Assembly: GCA_002189035.1 (NCBI GenBank)
Contig: CM007992.1
Coordinates: forward strand, 1,984,001-2,048,000
Origin: Utricularia gibba
Lineage: Eukaryota; Plantae; Magnoliophyta
DNA: 64,000 nt
Reading direction: 5' to 3'
Shown here piece by piece: positions 1-12,535 of this stretch. Under the pieces are notes generated by a model that was given only the letters and a program-made list of their open reading frames with translations, was not told the DNA's origin and made no database searches. Both the position numbers and the translations under genes were made by a program. How positions within the stretch are numbered: the first letter of the stretch is position 1; each line of letters starts with the position of its first letter.

Positions 1-2255
1 TCCAGGGAAGAGAAATCACATGCATCCTTTACCTACTTTGAAGATGAGCCAGAAATATCTTTTGAAAATCCTTTTGAGTATGAGTGTGCTCTAATGACAG
101 TAGCCTCAGATGCTAAAGATTGGTACTTGGACTCTGGTGCCTCCTATCATGTATGTTGTGATACAAGGTCATTTCTCAAGCTTGAAAGGATTGGGAAGGA
201 GGTAAGCACGTGCACTGGTGAAAATATTGGCACTGTGGGCAAAGGAAGCATTTTACTCTTGCTAAAAGAAGGAATTGTTCAAGTTGATGATGTTTATTAT
301 TCACCAAACCTCAAACAGAACCTGTTGAGCTTTGGCCAATTGAGCAGGCAAGGTTTTGACATTGAGCTGATGAAGGATGCTGGTGGTATAACCACTAAAG
401 TTAAGGTTGCTGATCCAAAAACGAAGATTGAATTCCATGCTGTGTTGACCACCTACAACCTCTACCAAATCATGGTCAGTGATCATAAAAGTTGTATTTT
501 CTCACTTCAGGATCAAAGCAGCCTTTGGCACAAACGTTTTGGGCACTATAGCTTCAACAATTTGAAAATATTGCAGAAGAATAAGGAAGTACTGGAATTG
601 AAAGACATCAAGTTTGCTAATGCCATATGTGAAGTGTGCCATCAAGGTAAGCAATGTAGAAAGCCGTTTTATTCCAGTGATTCAGTAGCAAAGGAGAAAT
701 TAGAGCTTGTGCATACAGATGTTTGTGGACCATTTAAGGAATGTTCATTAGGGGGAGTAGATATTTTGTTACATTCATTGATGATTATTCACGTTATTGT
801 TGGGTTTACTTTCTTAAAAGCAAGTCAGAAGTTCATCATATCTTTCGAAAATTCAAAGTGATGATTGAGAATCAGAGTGGATGCTCTTTGAAGATGATTA
901 GATCAGACAATGGAGGCGAATTCTACAATAATAGCATGAGAATGTTCTGTGAAAATGAGGGAATCATGCATCAATTCACCGTACCATATTCTCCACAACA
1001 GAATGGTGTATGTGAAAGGAGAAACAGAACAATCCTTGATATGTCAAGATGTCTATTGTTTGAGAAAGATCTTCCTGTAAATTTCTGGGCTGAAGCGGTA
1101 TCTACATCTGTATATCTATTGAACTTGCTTCCCTCAAGGGCGATTAGTGGAAAAACCGCGCATGAAAAATGGCATGGTTATATTAAAAAGGTTGATCATT
1201 TCAGAATCTTTGGTAGTCTGTGTTTTACTCATGTACCAGACCAAAAACGAGGAAAACTTGATAAGAAATCTGCATCTGGTGTATTTGTTGGTTATAGCAA
1301 CACTACCAAGGGATATAAAGTTTATTTACCTCAACAGAAGAAATTTATTTTCAGCCATGATGTCACTTTTGATGAAGGTGCAAGGTATACTTTAATTGAT
1401 GATTGCATTTCTCTGAATGATGTAGAAGCTCATAAAAGTGATGGAAGGCATAGCACCCATGGGAAAGGAGACCTCTGGACACACATGTCTCAAAACTTCT
1501 CTTAAATAAGTGCCCTGTAGTCTGGTTTTCGAAGAAACAAAAAGTGGTAGCACAATCAACAGCTGAAGCAGAATACATCTCAGCAGCACATGCTTCGAAC
1601 TATTGTGTTTGGTTCAGGCAGATGCTAAACGAACTTGGATTCATACAACAGGAAGCTACACATCTGCTTATGGATAATCGAGCTGCAATCTCCATTGCCA
1701 AGGATCCGACGAACTTCAGCAAAGCCAAACACATAAGAATCAGGTATCATGTCATAAGTAATTACATCAAGGAGAAGAAGATTAAAGTGCAATATGTTGA
1801 GAGTGGGAATCAGCTTGCTGATGGGCTCACCAAAGGTTTGAACAGAGTTCACTTTGAGCTAGCAAGGAAGAACATGAATCTCATGATTATGGAAGACTTT
1901 CTCAAATTGGGAGATCTCGGTCTGGGAAGGAATGTTGGAGATCAGCCTCAATCCAAACCTTGAAGGTGATTGGAAGAACTAAACATGTGTCATAATGTCA
2001 TATTTCAGATAAAAAAGGTATTGGGTTCGAGCATGGAATTGTTGGATTTGAGTTGTTGGGCTTTTTGTGTGTTTTCAATGATTGTGGCCCACTGTTGGGT
2101 AACCTAGGTATTGGGTATATATAAACCCTACTAGGAATGCGTGTCATTAAGTTTTCGGTCATTATTATTGTTCATGAGTCGTTTTTCATCCAAGGTGATC
2201 TCATAAGCATTACCTTTTTGTTACTTCCCAAGACTCTATTTTTCTTGCAACAACA
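1..2255 (+). mobile_element. Ty1/copia element, 3' part (5' end outside window): protease-integrase, internal deletion of RT, RNase H, PPT, 3' LTR (subtype A)
   Basis: ORFs 94-861, 741-1505 and 1544-1963 match the intact copy (WYLDSGAS protease, HTDVCGP/IRSDNGGEF integrase, QSTAEAEY RNase H). There is a -1 G at 751-755 and a ~1.57-kb deletion at 1502/1503. The LTR is 1933-2255. Confidence 0.93.
1933..2255 (+). repeat. copia LTR subtype A (323 bp), 3' LTR
   Basis: TGTTGGAGATC...GCAACAACA, preceded by a purine tract and followed by GCAAG. Confidence 0.95.
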
Positions 2256-3695
2256 GCAAGTTCCTCATATCTTCCGAAAATTCAAAGTGATAACTGAGAA
2301 TCAAAGTGGATGCTCCTTAAAGATGATTCGATCAGACAATAGAGGTGAATTCTAAAATAATAGCATGAGAATGTGCTGTGAAAATGTGGGAATCATGCAT
2401 CAATTCACCGTTCCATATTCTCCACAACAGAATGATATATGTGAAAGGAGAAACACAACAATCCTTTATATGTCAAGATGCCTATTGTTTGAGAAAGGTC
2501 TTCTTGTAAATTTTTGGGCTGAAGCGTTATCTACATCTATATATCTATTGAACATGCTTCCATCCAGGGCGATCATGAAAAATGTCATGGTTATATTAAA
2601 AAGGTTGATCATCTCAGAATCTTTGGTAGTCTATGTTTTACTCATATACCAGACAAAAATCAAGGGAAACTTGATATGAAATCTGTATCTGGTGTATTTG
2701 TTGATTATAGCAACACTACCAAGGGATATAAAGTTTATATACGTGACCAGAAGAAATTTATCTTCAGCCATGATGTCTCTTTTGATGAAGGTGCAAGGTA
2801 TACTTGAATTGATAATTGCATTTCTCTGAATGATGCAGAAGCTCTTAAAATCTATTATTGATTTCGGATTGTTCTATCCTTATGAAGGTGAAAAACCAGT
2901 CTTGAAACTTCGAGCCTACTCAGATAGTGATTATGGTATGACTGAAGATAACAAGAGTACATCTGGTGCACTCTTCTTCTTAAATAAGAGTCCTGTAATC
3001 TGGTTTTTGAAGAAACAAAAGGTGGTAGCACAATCAACAGCTGAAGCAGAATACATCTCAGCAACACATGCTTCGAACTATTGTGTTTGGTTGAGCCAGA
3101 TGCTAAACGAACTTGGATTCATACAAAAGGAAGCTACACATCTGCCTATGGATAATCGAGTTGCAATCTCCATTGCCAAGGATCCGACGAACTTCAGCAA
3201 AGCCAAGCAAATAAGAATCAGGTATCATGTCATAAGGAATTACATCAAGGAAAAGAAGATTAAAGTGCAGTATGTTGAGAGTGGGAATCAGCTTGCTGAT
3301 GGGCTCACCAAAGGTTTGAATAGAGTTCAGTTTGAGTTAGCAAGGAAGAACATGAATCTCATGAGTATGGAAGATTTTCTCAAGTTGGGAGATCTCTGTC
3401 TGGGCGGAGTGTTGGAGATCAGCCTCAATCCGAAGGTTGAAGGTGATTGGAAGCATTAATCTTGTGTCATAATGTCATGTTTCAGATAAAAAAGGTGTTG
3501 GATCGAGCATGGAACTGTTGGGTTCGAGTTGCTGGACTTTTTGTTTGTTTTCAATGATTGTGGCCCACTGTTGGTTAACTTCAGTATTGGGTATATATAA
3601 ACCCTACTAGGAATGCGTGTCAACTAGGTTTTCGGTCATTCTTATTGTTCATGAGTCGTTTTTCATCCGGAAACTTTATCTTTCTTGCATCAACA
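2256..3695 (+). mobile_element. degenerate copia (subfamily D): integrase fragment, RT deleted, RNase H, 3' LTR 3410-3695
   Basis: ORFs 2365-2679 and 2830-3459. The integrase end is joined directly to the RNase H start at ~2835. The LTR carries an internal deletion. Confidence 0.9.
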
Positions 3696-4083
3696 GTTTG
3701 GTGTTCGAAAATCGATTAAGAGTCCTTCAAATCCTCTTGTTTCAGCTTTAATTGCTCCTATTAAGAAATAGGTGCCTTGTTAGTCGTTTTCCAAACACGG
3801 TTTCCCCCATTGATGTATATGAAATACTCAATATTCTTTATCTATCTGCAATGTGAACATCTGTTAGAAAATGTTGAGGGGTTGTGGACCCACACTCTTA
3901 GTAACATGGTTTTAATTATGGGATTCATGGCTAATTATGTCAGATATATCTGCGGCATCTTTGAAAGTAAGCCAAACACAAAAGATGAGGGAAACATGTT
4001 TATACATCATTTGGTGCGGGTTTGTAGGTGGTGGTTGGAAAATATCTCTTATGATCACTACAGATGAACTTGGACAATACATG
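3696..4083 (+). pseudogene. possible highly degraded Ty3/gypsy integrase remnant (second copy 15708-16095)
   Basis: ORF 3777-4067 loosely resembles the gypsy integrase HHCC region (…MANYVRYIC…KPNT…WLENISYD). The similarity is weak and judged by eye only. Confidence 0.3.
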
Positions 4084-4861
4084 TGATGTGACTCTCTAAT
4101 CTAAAGAGTTCAGAAACCCACGAATAATAGGTAATTTTGAAGCTTAGAAAGGAACCCATCCAAGTCTACCATCAAAAGAATGAATTAGGAGACAAACTTC
4201 AGAAGGAGAATGAATTGGAATTAATAGTCTTAGGAAACCACAAGCTCAAAGTTTGATAAATCAAGAGCAAATACGTAAATGAAATAAACTAAAGGTCCTC
4301 AAGGAGTAAATCTCTAGAGTTCTTCTACTCTATAAGTGGTATCTAACATTTCTGAGCCCAAACTACATAAAAAGGAACACCTAACAAGTGCTAAGCACAC
4401 ATCAAAGTCGAGAACATGTTTTGAGCTCTAAGATAGATTCAGGCTAAAGTAGTTGGACTCATTTAATGGTAAGTGTTCAAGCTCAAGTTTGCTTTCAATA
4501 GTGTTGAGTAGACTGTTGAGTGTATCTTCAGTCATCTTGCTCTTACTCCATGTCATTAGTTCTAGTGAAATGATCTTACGCTCCAAATTGCTCACTTCTG
4601 CAACATTCTAATCAATGCTTAAATACTCTTCATCATCTTCTTAGGGCTCATCATCTCCCCCTTCTTTAGGTAGATTCGTCCCTGAATCTATTTCGAAAAG
4701 GGACAAATTAGCAACATTGAAAGTTGAATGAACAGAATACTCACGTGGCAAAAGTATCTTGTATGCATTATTATTCAGGTGCTCAACAACTAGAAAAGAG
4801 CCATGTCCACGAGGAAGAAGTTTTGACTTTATCTTGGTGGAATACCTCTCCTTCCTAAGAT
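4084..4861 (-). mobile_element. CRM-type chromovirus 3' end: integrase C-terminus, PPT and 3' LTR (4084-4653)
   Basis: LRKERYSTKIKSKLLPRGHGSF…NNAYK…FNV is a CRM integrase tail. On the minus strand AAAGAAGGGGGAGA precedes TGATGAGCCC, and the LTR termini are TGATG/CATCA. Confidence 0.85.
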
Positions 4862-7800
4862 TGTTGGAGATCAGCCTCAATCCAAAGCTTGAAGGTGATT
4901 GGAAGAACTAAACTTGTGTCATAATGTCATATTTCAGATAAAAAAAGGTGTTGGGTTCGAGCATGAAAGTGTTGGATTCGAGTTGTTAGGCTTTTTGTGT
5001 GTTTTCAATGATTGTAGCCCACTGTTGGGTAACCTAGATATTGGGTATAATGTTAGACAATGAAACCATACAAGTCTATTATGAACGTACTGCGAAGCTT
5101 GTGAAGGAGATTTGAGGATTGGGGGAAAAACTTGAGAATCAAAAGGTGATTAGCAAGGCAATCATGAGCCTACCTGCAAGATTCGAGCCAAAGTTATGTG
5201 CACTTGAGACAGAAAGAAAAATCCTTGACATTATTGAAGGAAAGCTCCATCAGCTGTATCCTGAATATCCTGTTTCACCAGGACCAACATTTAGAGAGTT
5301 CATGATTCAGTTGCAATCTATAGAAAAGAGATTGAAACTAAGAGATGGTTATGAAGTTGATAAAACTTATGGTGAAGCTGCTCTCCTCACCAAAATGCAG
5401 AATATGAATATAACCTCAGGTGCAATTAACAATGTCAAGGATGTCAAGACAACAGCCATCAAACAATCACCAACGTCAATCCAAACATCAACGATGGGCA
5501 ATCAGAAGTGCAGGCATTGTGACAAATCCAACCATAAGAGTGAAGATTGTGGGACTTTAAGCACAAATGGTTTTGACATTGAGCTGATGAAGGATGTTGG
5601 TGGTATAACCACTAAAGTTAAGGTTGCTGATCCAAAAACGAAGATTGAATTCCATGCTGTGTTGACCACCTACAACCTCTACCAAATCATGGTCAGTGAT
5701 TATAAAAGTTGTATTTTCTCATTTCAGGATCAAAGCAGCCTTTGGCACAAACGTTTTGGGACTATAGCTTCAACAATTTGAAAATATTGCAGAAGAATAA
5801 CGAAGTACTGGAATTGAAAGACATCAAGTTGGTAATGCCATATGTGAAGTGTGCCATCAAGGTAAACAATGTAGAAAGCCCTTTTATTCTAGTGATTCAG
5901 TAGCAAAGGAGAAATTAGAGCTTGTGCATACAGATGTTTGTGGACCATTTAAGGAATGTTCATTAGGGGGGAGTAGATATTTTGTTACATTCATTGATAA
6001 TTATTCACGTTATTGTTGGGTTTACTTTCTTAAAAGCAAGTCAGAAGTTCATCATATCTTTCGAAAATTCAAAGTGATGATTGAGAATCAGAGTGGATGC
6101 TCTTTGAAGATGATTAGATCAGACAATGGAGGTGAATTCTAAAATAATAGCATGAGAATGTTCTGTGAAAATGAGGGAATCATGCATCAATTCACCGTAC
6201 CATATTCTCCACAACATGTTGGTGTAAGTGAAAAGAGAAACAGAACAATCCTTGATATGTCAAGATGTATATTGTTTGAGAAAGATCTTCCTGTAAATTT
6301 CTGCGCTGAAGCGGTATCTACATCTGTATATCTATTGAACTTGCTTCCCTCAAGGGCGATTAGTGGAAAAACCGCGCATGAAAAATGGCATGGTTATATT
6401 AAAAAGGTTGATCATCTCAGAATCTTTGGTAGTCTGTGTTTTACTCATGTACCAGACCAAAAACGAGGAAAACTTGATAAGAAATCTGCATCTGGTGTAT
6501 TTGTTGGTTATAGCAACACTACCAAGGGATATAAAGTTTATTTACCTCAACAGAAGAAATTTATTTTCAGCCATGATGTCACTTTTGATGAAGGTGCAAG
6601 GTATATTTTCATTGATGATTGTATTTCTCTGAATGATGCATAAGCTCATCAAAGTGATGGAAGGCATAGCACCCATGGGAAAGGAGACCTCTGGACACGC
6701 ATGCCTCAAAACTTCTCTTCCAGGAATTCAACAAACCAAGAAACTTCAGAACTCGTTCATGAAGATTCAAATCAAGTAAATGATCAGCATTCAGATGAGA
6801 ATTTTCCAGCTCCAGAGGAGGAGAAGGCCAATGATCTACATTTAGATGGGAATTTCGAAATCCCAGAAGAGGAGCAAGGCACGAATGCAGAAGACTCATC
6901 AACAGATGAATCTGATGGAGAGGAACCTGATACTGATGATGAAGATTATTACCCATCTGATCGTGATTGGCAAAGGAGGAAACGCAAAAACATCAGAGAT
7001 TCAATAGATAATGAAGATAGTCATGTTACTGACATTAGACGAAGCAAAAGAAACAAGGCTCCTACAATAAGTTTCTCCAAGTTGAATGATGATGTCCAAG
7101 ATGCTGTAGCTGATATTTTGGCTGGATTATTGACAGGAGATCCAACATCATTTGAAGTGGCTGTACAAAATCCGAAATGGAGAGAGGCCATGAAGGAAGA
7201 AATGAACTCTATACTTGAAAATGAAACATGGGAGTTAGTTGATAAACCCAAGGATAGAGGTTTCAAACCTATTGGCCTCAAGTGGTTATTCAAAACCAAG
7301 ATGAATGCAGATGGTTCTATCAACAAATATAAGGCTAGATTAGTAGCCAAGGGATATAGTCAGATCAAAGGAATAAATTTTCATGAGGTTTTTGCACCAG
7401 TAGCAAGATTTGACACGATTAAAGTACTTCTTGCCATTTCAGCTGCTCATGGATGGAAAGTGCATCACATGGATGTTAAGACTGCGTTCTTGAATGGTGT
7501 GTTGGAGGAGGTTGTTTTTGTTGAACAACCAAAGGGCTTCGAAGTGTCAGGTCATGAAGACAAGGTATTGAAGCTAAAGAAATCTCTCTATGGGTTGAAG
7601 CAAGCTCCTAGAGCATGGAATGAACGCATGGATAACTTTCTTCAGGGTATTGGTTTCAGAAAAACATATAGTGATTACTCACTATATGTTAAAGGAAAAG
7701 AAGATGATCGTTTATTTATTAGCTTATATGTGGATGATCTTATGATTACCTCAGGTAATGAAAGGAAGATTGAGGAATTCAAAGGTCTGCTCAAAAATGA

Positions 7801-8789
7801 ATTCAAAATGACTGACCTTGGAATGATGTCTTACTATCTAGGCATGGAAATTCATCAGCTTGAAGGTGTTGGAACATTCATATCTCAGAAAAAGTACTGT
7901 AATGAACTTCTTGAAAGGTTTGGGTTCAAAGATGTCAATCCTTCAAAAACGCCTTTGGATTACAAACAAGTGATTGGAGAGAACAATCAGGGAAAGAATG
8001 TGGATGCCACTACTTATAGAAGTATGATTGGAAGCCTCATTTATCTCCAGCATACAAGGCCTGACTTGTGTTTTTGTGTAAACGTCTTATCTCGCTTCCT
8101 CAACAAACCAACAACAACTCACATGGCAGCTGTGAAAAGAGCTTTCAGGTACATAAAATCATCTACTGATTTCGGATTGTTCTATCCCTATGAAGGTGAA
8201 AAACCAGTCTTGAAACTTAGAGCCTACTCAGATAGTGATTATGGTATGGCTGAAGATAGCAAGAGTACATCTGGTGCACTCTTCTTCTTAAATAAGTGCC
8301 CTGTAGTCTGGTTTTCGAAGAAACAAAAAGTGGTAGCACAATCAACAGCTGAAGCAGAATACATCTCAGCAGCACATGCTTCGAACTATTGTGTTTGGTT
8401 CAGGCAGATGCTAAACGAACTTGGATTCATACAACAGGAAGCTACACATCTGCTTATGGATAATCGAGCTGCAATCTCCATTGCCAAGGATCCGACGAAC
8501 TTCAGCAAAGCCAAACACATAAGAATCAGGTATCATGTCATAAGGAATTACATCAAGGAGAAGAAGATTAAAGTGCAATATGTTGAGAGTGGGAATCAGC
8601 TTGCTGATGGGCTCACCAAAGGTTTGAACAGAGTTCACTTTGAGCTAGCAAGGAAGAACATGAATCTCATGACTATGGAAGACTTTCTCAAATTGGGAGA
8701 TCTCGGTCTGGGGGGGAATGTTGGAGATCAGCCTCAATCCAAACCTTGAAGGTGATTGGAAGAACTAAACATGTGTCATAATGTCATAT
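4862..8789 (+). mobile_element. recombinant copia: truncated 5' LTR subtype C (4862-5049), deleted gag/protease, integrase fragments, intact RT-RNase H, truncated 3' LTR subtype A (8719-8789)
   Basis: The LTR start follows AAGAT. Deletions occur at ~5049 and ~5570. The RT-RH ORF is 6701-8749. The two LTRs belong to different subtypes. Confidence 0.88.
6701..8749 (+). CDS. pol: copia pol C-terminal half: integrase tail, reverse transcriptase, RNase H (no upstream gag in frame)
   Basis: [40 protein letters not shown] and STAEAEY motifs. Confidence 0.85.
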   Translation: MPQNFSSRNSTNQETSELVHEDSNQVNDQHSDENFPAPEEEKANDLHLDGNFEIPEEEQGTNAEDSSTDESDGEEPDTDDEDYYPSDRDWQRRKRKNIRDSIDNEDSHVTDIRRSKRNKAPTISFSKLNDDVQDAVADILAGLLTGDPTSFEVAVQNPKWREAMKEEMNSILENETWELVDKPKDRGFKPIGLKWLFKTKMNADGSINKYKARLVAKGYSQIKGINFHEVFAPVARFDTIKVLLAISAAHGWKVHHMDVKTAFLNGVLEEVVFVEQPKGFEVSGHEDKVLKLKKSLYGLKQAPRAWNERMDNFLQGIGFRKTYSDYSLYVKGKEDDRLFISLYVDDLMITSGNERKIEEFKGLLKNEFKMTDLGMMSYYLGMEIHQLEGVGTFISQKKYCNELLERFGFKDVNPSKTPLDYKQVIGENNQGKNVDATTYRSMIGSLIYLQHTRPDLCFCVNVLSRFLNKPTTTHMAAVKRAFRYIKSSTDFGLFYPYEGEKPVLKLRAYSDSDYGMAEDSKSTSGALFFLNKCPVVWFSKKQKVVAQSTAEAEYISAAHASNYCVWFRQMLNELGFIQQEATHLLMDNRAAISIAKDPTNFSKAKHIRIRYHVIRNYIKEKKIKVQYVESGNQLADGLTKGLNRVHFELARKNMNLMTMEDFLKLGDLGLGGNVGDQPQSKP

Positions 8790-8841
8790 GTTTAGTTCTT
8801 CCAATCACCTTCAAGGTTTGGATTGAGGCTGATCTCCAACA
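8719..8841. repeat. perfect 54-bp inverted repeat of the LTR 5' terminus with a 15-bp spacer
   Basis: 8719-8772 is the exact reverse complement of 8788-8841. Confidence 0.95.
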
Positions 8842-9179
8842 TACTGCTCTGATACCATGTTGATGCAAGAAAAAGAGAGTCTTGGGAAGTAACAAAAAGG
8901 TAATGCTTCTGAGATCACTTTGAATGAAAAACGACTCATGAACAATAAGAATGACCAAAACCCTAATTGACACGCATTCCTAGTAGGGTTTATATATACC
9001 CAATACCTAGGTTACCCAACAGTGGGCCACAATTATTGAAAACACACAAAAAGCCCAACAACTCGAATTCAACACTTCCATGCTCGAACTCAACACCTTT
9101 TATCTGAAATATAACATTATGACACAAGATTAGTGCTTCCAATCACCTTCAAACTTTGGATTGAGGCTGATCTCCAACA
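8842..9179 (-). mobile_element. copia 5' LTR subtype B (8858-9179) with PBS (8846-8857); internal region interrupted 4 nt after the PBS
   Basis: Reverse complement of TGGTATCAGAGC adjacent to a full 322-bp LTR. Confidence 0.92.
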
Positions 9180-12100
9180 GCAAGGACTCATGCTCTCACG
9201 CACAAATCCTTTAGACACCAATTCCTCAACTTGTTTTTGTATTTCCTTCGTCTACTCTGGATTGGCTCGGTATGCTAGTCGGTTTGGGAGTTGTGCTCCA
9301 GGGACAAGGTCAATTTGATGCTCAATCCCTCTAAGGGGAGGTAAGCCTTGAAGTTCTTCTGGAAAAACATCTTCATATACCTGTAAGAGAGACACAACAC
9401 AAGATGGAATGGATGAAGCATGGTTAGGTGAAGTAGGAACTTCATCCTTATACATGAGTAGAATGAATGGTTGCCTAGCATGAAGTAAGTGTCTAATCTC
9501 ACTTGGCCTTGCTAATAGACTTTCATTCTTTCTCTCAATTCCTAAAACTCTAATGTTTTCACTCTCTGTTTTGTGCTCATTTTCATCCTTTTTTCCACTC
9601 AATTCCTTGCCATCTCTTCTTTTTTCTCCACTTTTTCGCATCTTTTTTTCACTCATTTTCACTCCACTCATATCTTCTCCCTTAGGAACGACCACCTTGT
9701 GCTTTCCATTATCAGTATGAAGGGCTCTAGCATCACTCAGAATTCTGACTTGATCTTCATGTGCCTCCTTTGGAGATAATGGAGCAAGTGTGATGGAGCG
9801 TCCATTATAATTGAAGGAATATTTGTTCTTGAAACCATCATGAAATGCTCTTCTATCATATTCCCAAGGTCTCCCATGAAGAATATGGCTTGCATGCATA
9901 GGAACAACATCACATAGGACTTTATCTTCATATCTCCCTATGGAAAACGTCACAAGCACTTGTTTGGTAACCTTTACCTCACTTCCTTCATTGAACCACT
10001 GCAGATTGTAAGGCTTAGGATGCCTCACGGTTGGTAGTCCCAATTTCTCCACCAAGATGTTGCTGGCAACATTGGTGCAACTACCTCCATCAATAATCAG
10101 GCTGCAAACTTTCCCATTAACAAAGCATCGGGTTTGAAACAAGTTCTCCCTTTGCTCATCATTATCCTTCACTCCAATGTTAAGCGTCCTTCGAGTGACT
10201 AATACTTCTCCAGAAACAGGCAATTCATCCTCATCACTCACTTCAGCTTCTGTCTCCACTAGATCATCATCATCTTCACTAACAACTTCGCCATTGCCCC
10301 TAATCACCATTGCTCGTTTATTTGGGCATTCAGAAGCAATATGTCCAAGCCCCAAGCATTTGAAACATTTTATGTTTCTGGTAGTTCCCTTTGGAGGTGT
10401 TGTTCGCTCCCCTTTCTTGGAACTTGATGGGATGTCGAATTTGAAGTTTTCCATGGATGACTTCCCTTTATTTCTCCCCATCATCTCATTGGTGCCCCCA
10501 AATTTCGAACCAGAAGTCCTCTTGTTGAAATCTCTTGCGAAACTCTTGCTAGATAGTTGTTTCTCAACCTTTGTGGCCATATGAATCATGTCCTCCATCT
10601 CAATGTAGTGATGAAGCTCCACAATATTTGCAATCTCCTTATTCATCCCATGAAGAAACCTAGCCATAGTTGCTTCTCTATCTTCATGAACATGAGCTCT
10701 AATCATTAAAATCTCCATTTCCTGCCAATATTCCTCCACTGGCCTTGATGTTGTTAACATCCTTTCCAATTCTTCCTCCGTCTCTTCTACCTCCCTGATC
10801 TCGAAATCTTCTTGTATCCCCATGCACAAAATCATTTTCACTATGTTCAATGTAGTTATCTTCTTCATCAGTATTCAGGGTTCGATCTCTTCTTCCAACA
10901 GTCCTTGCACTTCATTGATCACTTAAGTCATGTTCAGTGTTGATGCGTTGATGCAATTGACTACCTCGACCCCTTCCAGCAGCATAATTATCTTGTCTTC
11001 GTGCTCTTGCAACATTTTGCAAAGAATTTTCGTGTTCATCAAGCCTGACATTTATGTTTTCCAGAATGCAATGCAATCTAGTGAACTCCTGTTGCATAGC
11101 TTTCAAAGTGAACCTCTCATCCGGTGAGTAATCCTTTTCATGCTCACTTCTGGAATTTGACATCCTAAATACAGGATTTACCACTCAATCCTCAAGCTTC
11201 AAGTCCTTGATGCACTCTTTAATGTCATCATGCTTGTTCTCATGGCATCTAACGAATTAATCACTTCCAGATTGGTATTGATTATAGTGTAATGATGGAG
11301 TTAGGTGAGGGTGGCAGTATTAATAGTCTCAAGATGGAGACAAAGGGAAGTGTTTAAATTAAATTGGTTGCTTGTTGGAATAGATAAATAGGAAGGATGG
11401 ACAACAAGGTAAGAACAGATGAAATCAGAGAATAGAGCACTACACACGAAATGTGTTGCTTGCTAAACTATAGAAATACAGGAATGGGCAATCAACAAAG
11501 AGAATAGTCAAATGGAAAGGTGGGGACACGTGAATGACAGGGGATGGGAATTGAAGATAAGAAAAACAACAATAAAGTGGTTGCTTGGTGGAATGGGAAA
11601 AGTAGAGAGGTGGGCCACAATTTAAATATATATAATAATGGATGATAGTGATGGGTAATGGATATTCACCTTCACACTCCTTATCCTCTTACACACTTGA
11701 AAATGATATTCAATGTGTTCTTGCTATTCAAATTGACACTCAATTTCGAGCTCTTCTTCAATCAACTTCCTGTGAACCCCCCCTTTTTTTTTGTGCTAAA
11801 GCGAAAAGTAATAATGACTTGGCTTGAACGTTTTTTTTTTTTTTTTTTTTTTTGAATAGGCAGGAATAGAAGAACTCAAACAAGAACTGGATAATAATAA
11901 GGATAAGGAACCCAAAGCTCTGATACCAAATGATGTGACCCTCTAATCTAAATAGATTAGCAACCCACGAACAAGAGATGATTTTGAAGCTTAGAAAGTA
12001 TCCCACCGAAGTCTACCCTCAAGAGAATGAATCTCTTGTAACCAGACTTCGAAACAAAGAAAATTAGGACCCACACTTCAGAAAAGAGAAGGGATTGGAA

Positions 12101-12535
12101 GTGATAATCCTAGGACGCCACAAGCTCAAAGCTTGATAAGTCAAGAGTGTACAAGCACTCAAAGAAGAGGAGAATCCTCACAACATGCATGAAAATGACT
12201 AAAAGGTCCTGAAATAGTACATCTCTAGAGTATTTATACTCTAGAATTGGGCTCTAACATTACATAGGCCAAACTAAATAAAATAGAAAAGTCTAACAAT
12301 CCCAATGCTCTAAGTTAAGTCCATCTTCAAGTAGTTGAGCTCTTTTGATGGAATGTCTTCAAGCCCATGTTTGATTCCAATGGTATTGAGTAGACCCTTA
12401 AGTGTATCTTCAACTATCTTTGTCTTGCTCCTAGTCATTGGTACTGGTGGAATCATCTTTCTTTCTAATTTGTTCACTTGAACAAACTTCTCATCATTCT
12501 TCAAATATACTTCATTATCTTCCTGGGGCTCATCA
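9180..12535 (-). mobile_element. CRM-type Ty3/gypsy element, 5' half: 5' LTR 11931-12535, PBS 11917-11928, leader, gag, protease, start of RT
   Basis: 605-bp TGATG…CATCA LTR and tRNA-Met PBS. ORFs 10912-11184 and 9252-10868 carry CFKCLGLGHIASEC, LIIDGGSCTN and LPPLRGIEHQIDL. The element is truncated at RT motif ESMSPC by a copia LTR. Confidence 0.92.
9252..10868 (-). pseudogene. CRM gag-protease (internally deleted, disrupted)
   Basis: Retrotrans_gag-like region, one CCHC knuckle and a gypsy aspartic protease (IIDGGS). Confidence 0.85.

Larger units (their letters stand above)
1933..7058 (+). repeat. 5.1-kb block duplicated at 13945-19070 (offset 12012)
   Basis: All ORFs and private junctions recur at +12012 with scattered substitutions. 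Confidence 0.92.

Noticed and set aside
11775-11855. Poly-T and C/T runs as a retroposed poly(A) tail
   Set aside because: They lie within the CRM 5' leader with no TSD or SINE/LINE body, so they are low-complexity leader sequence.
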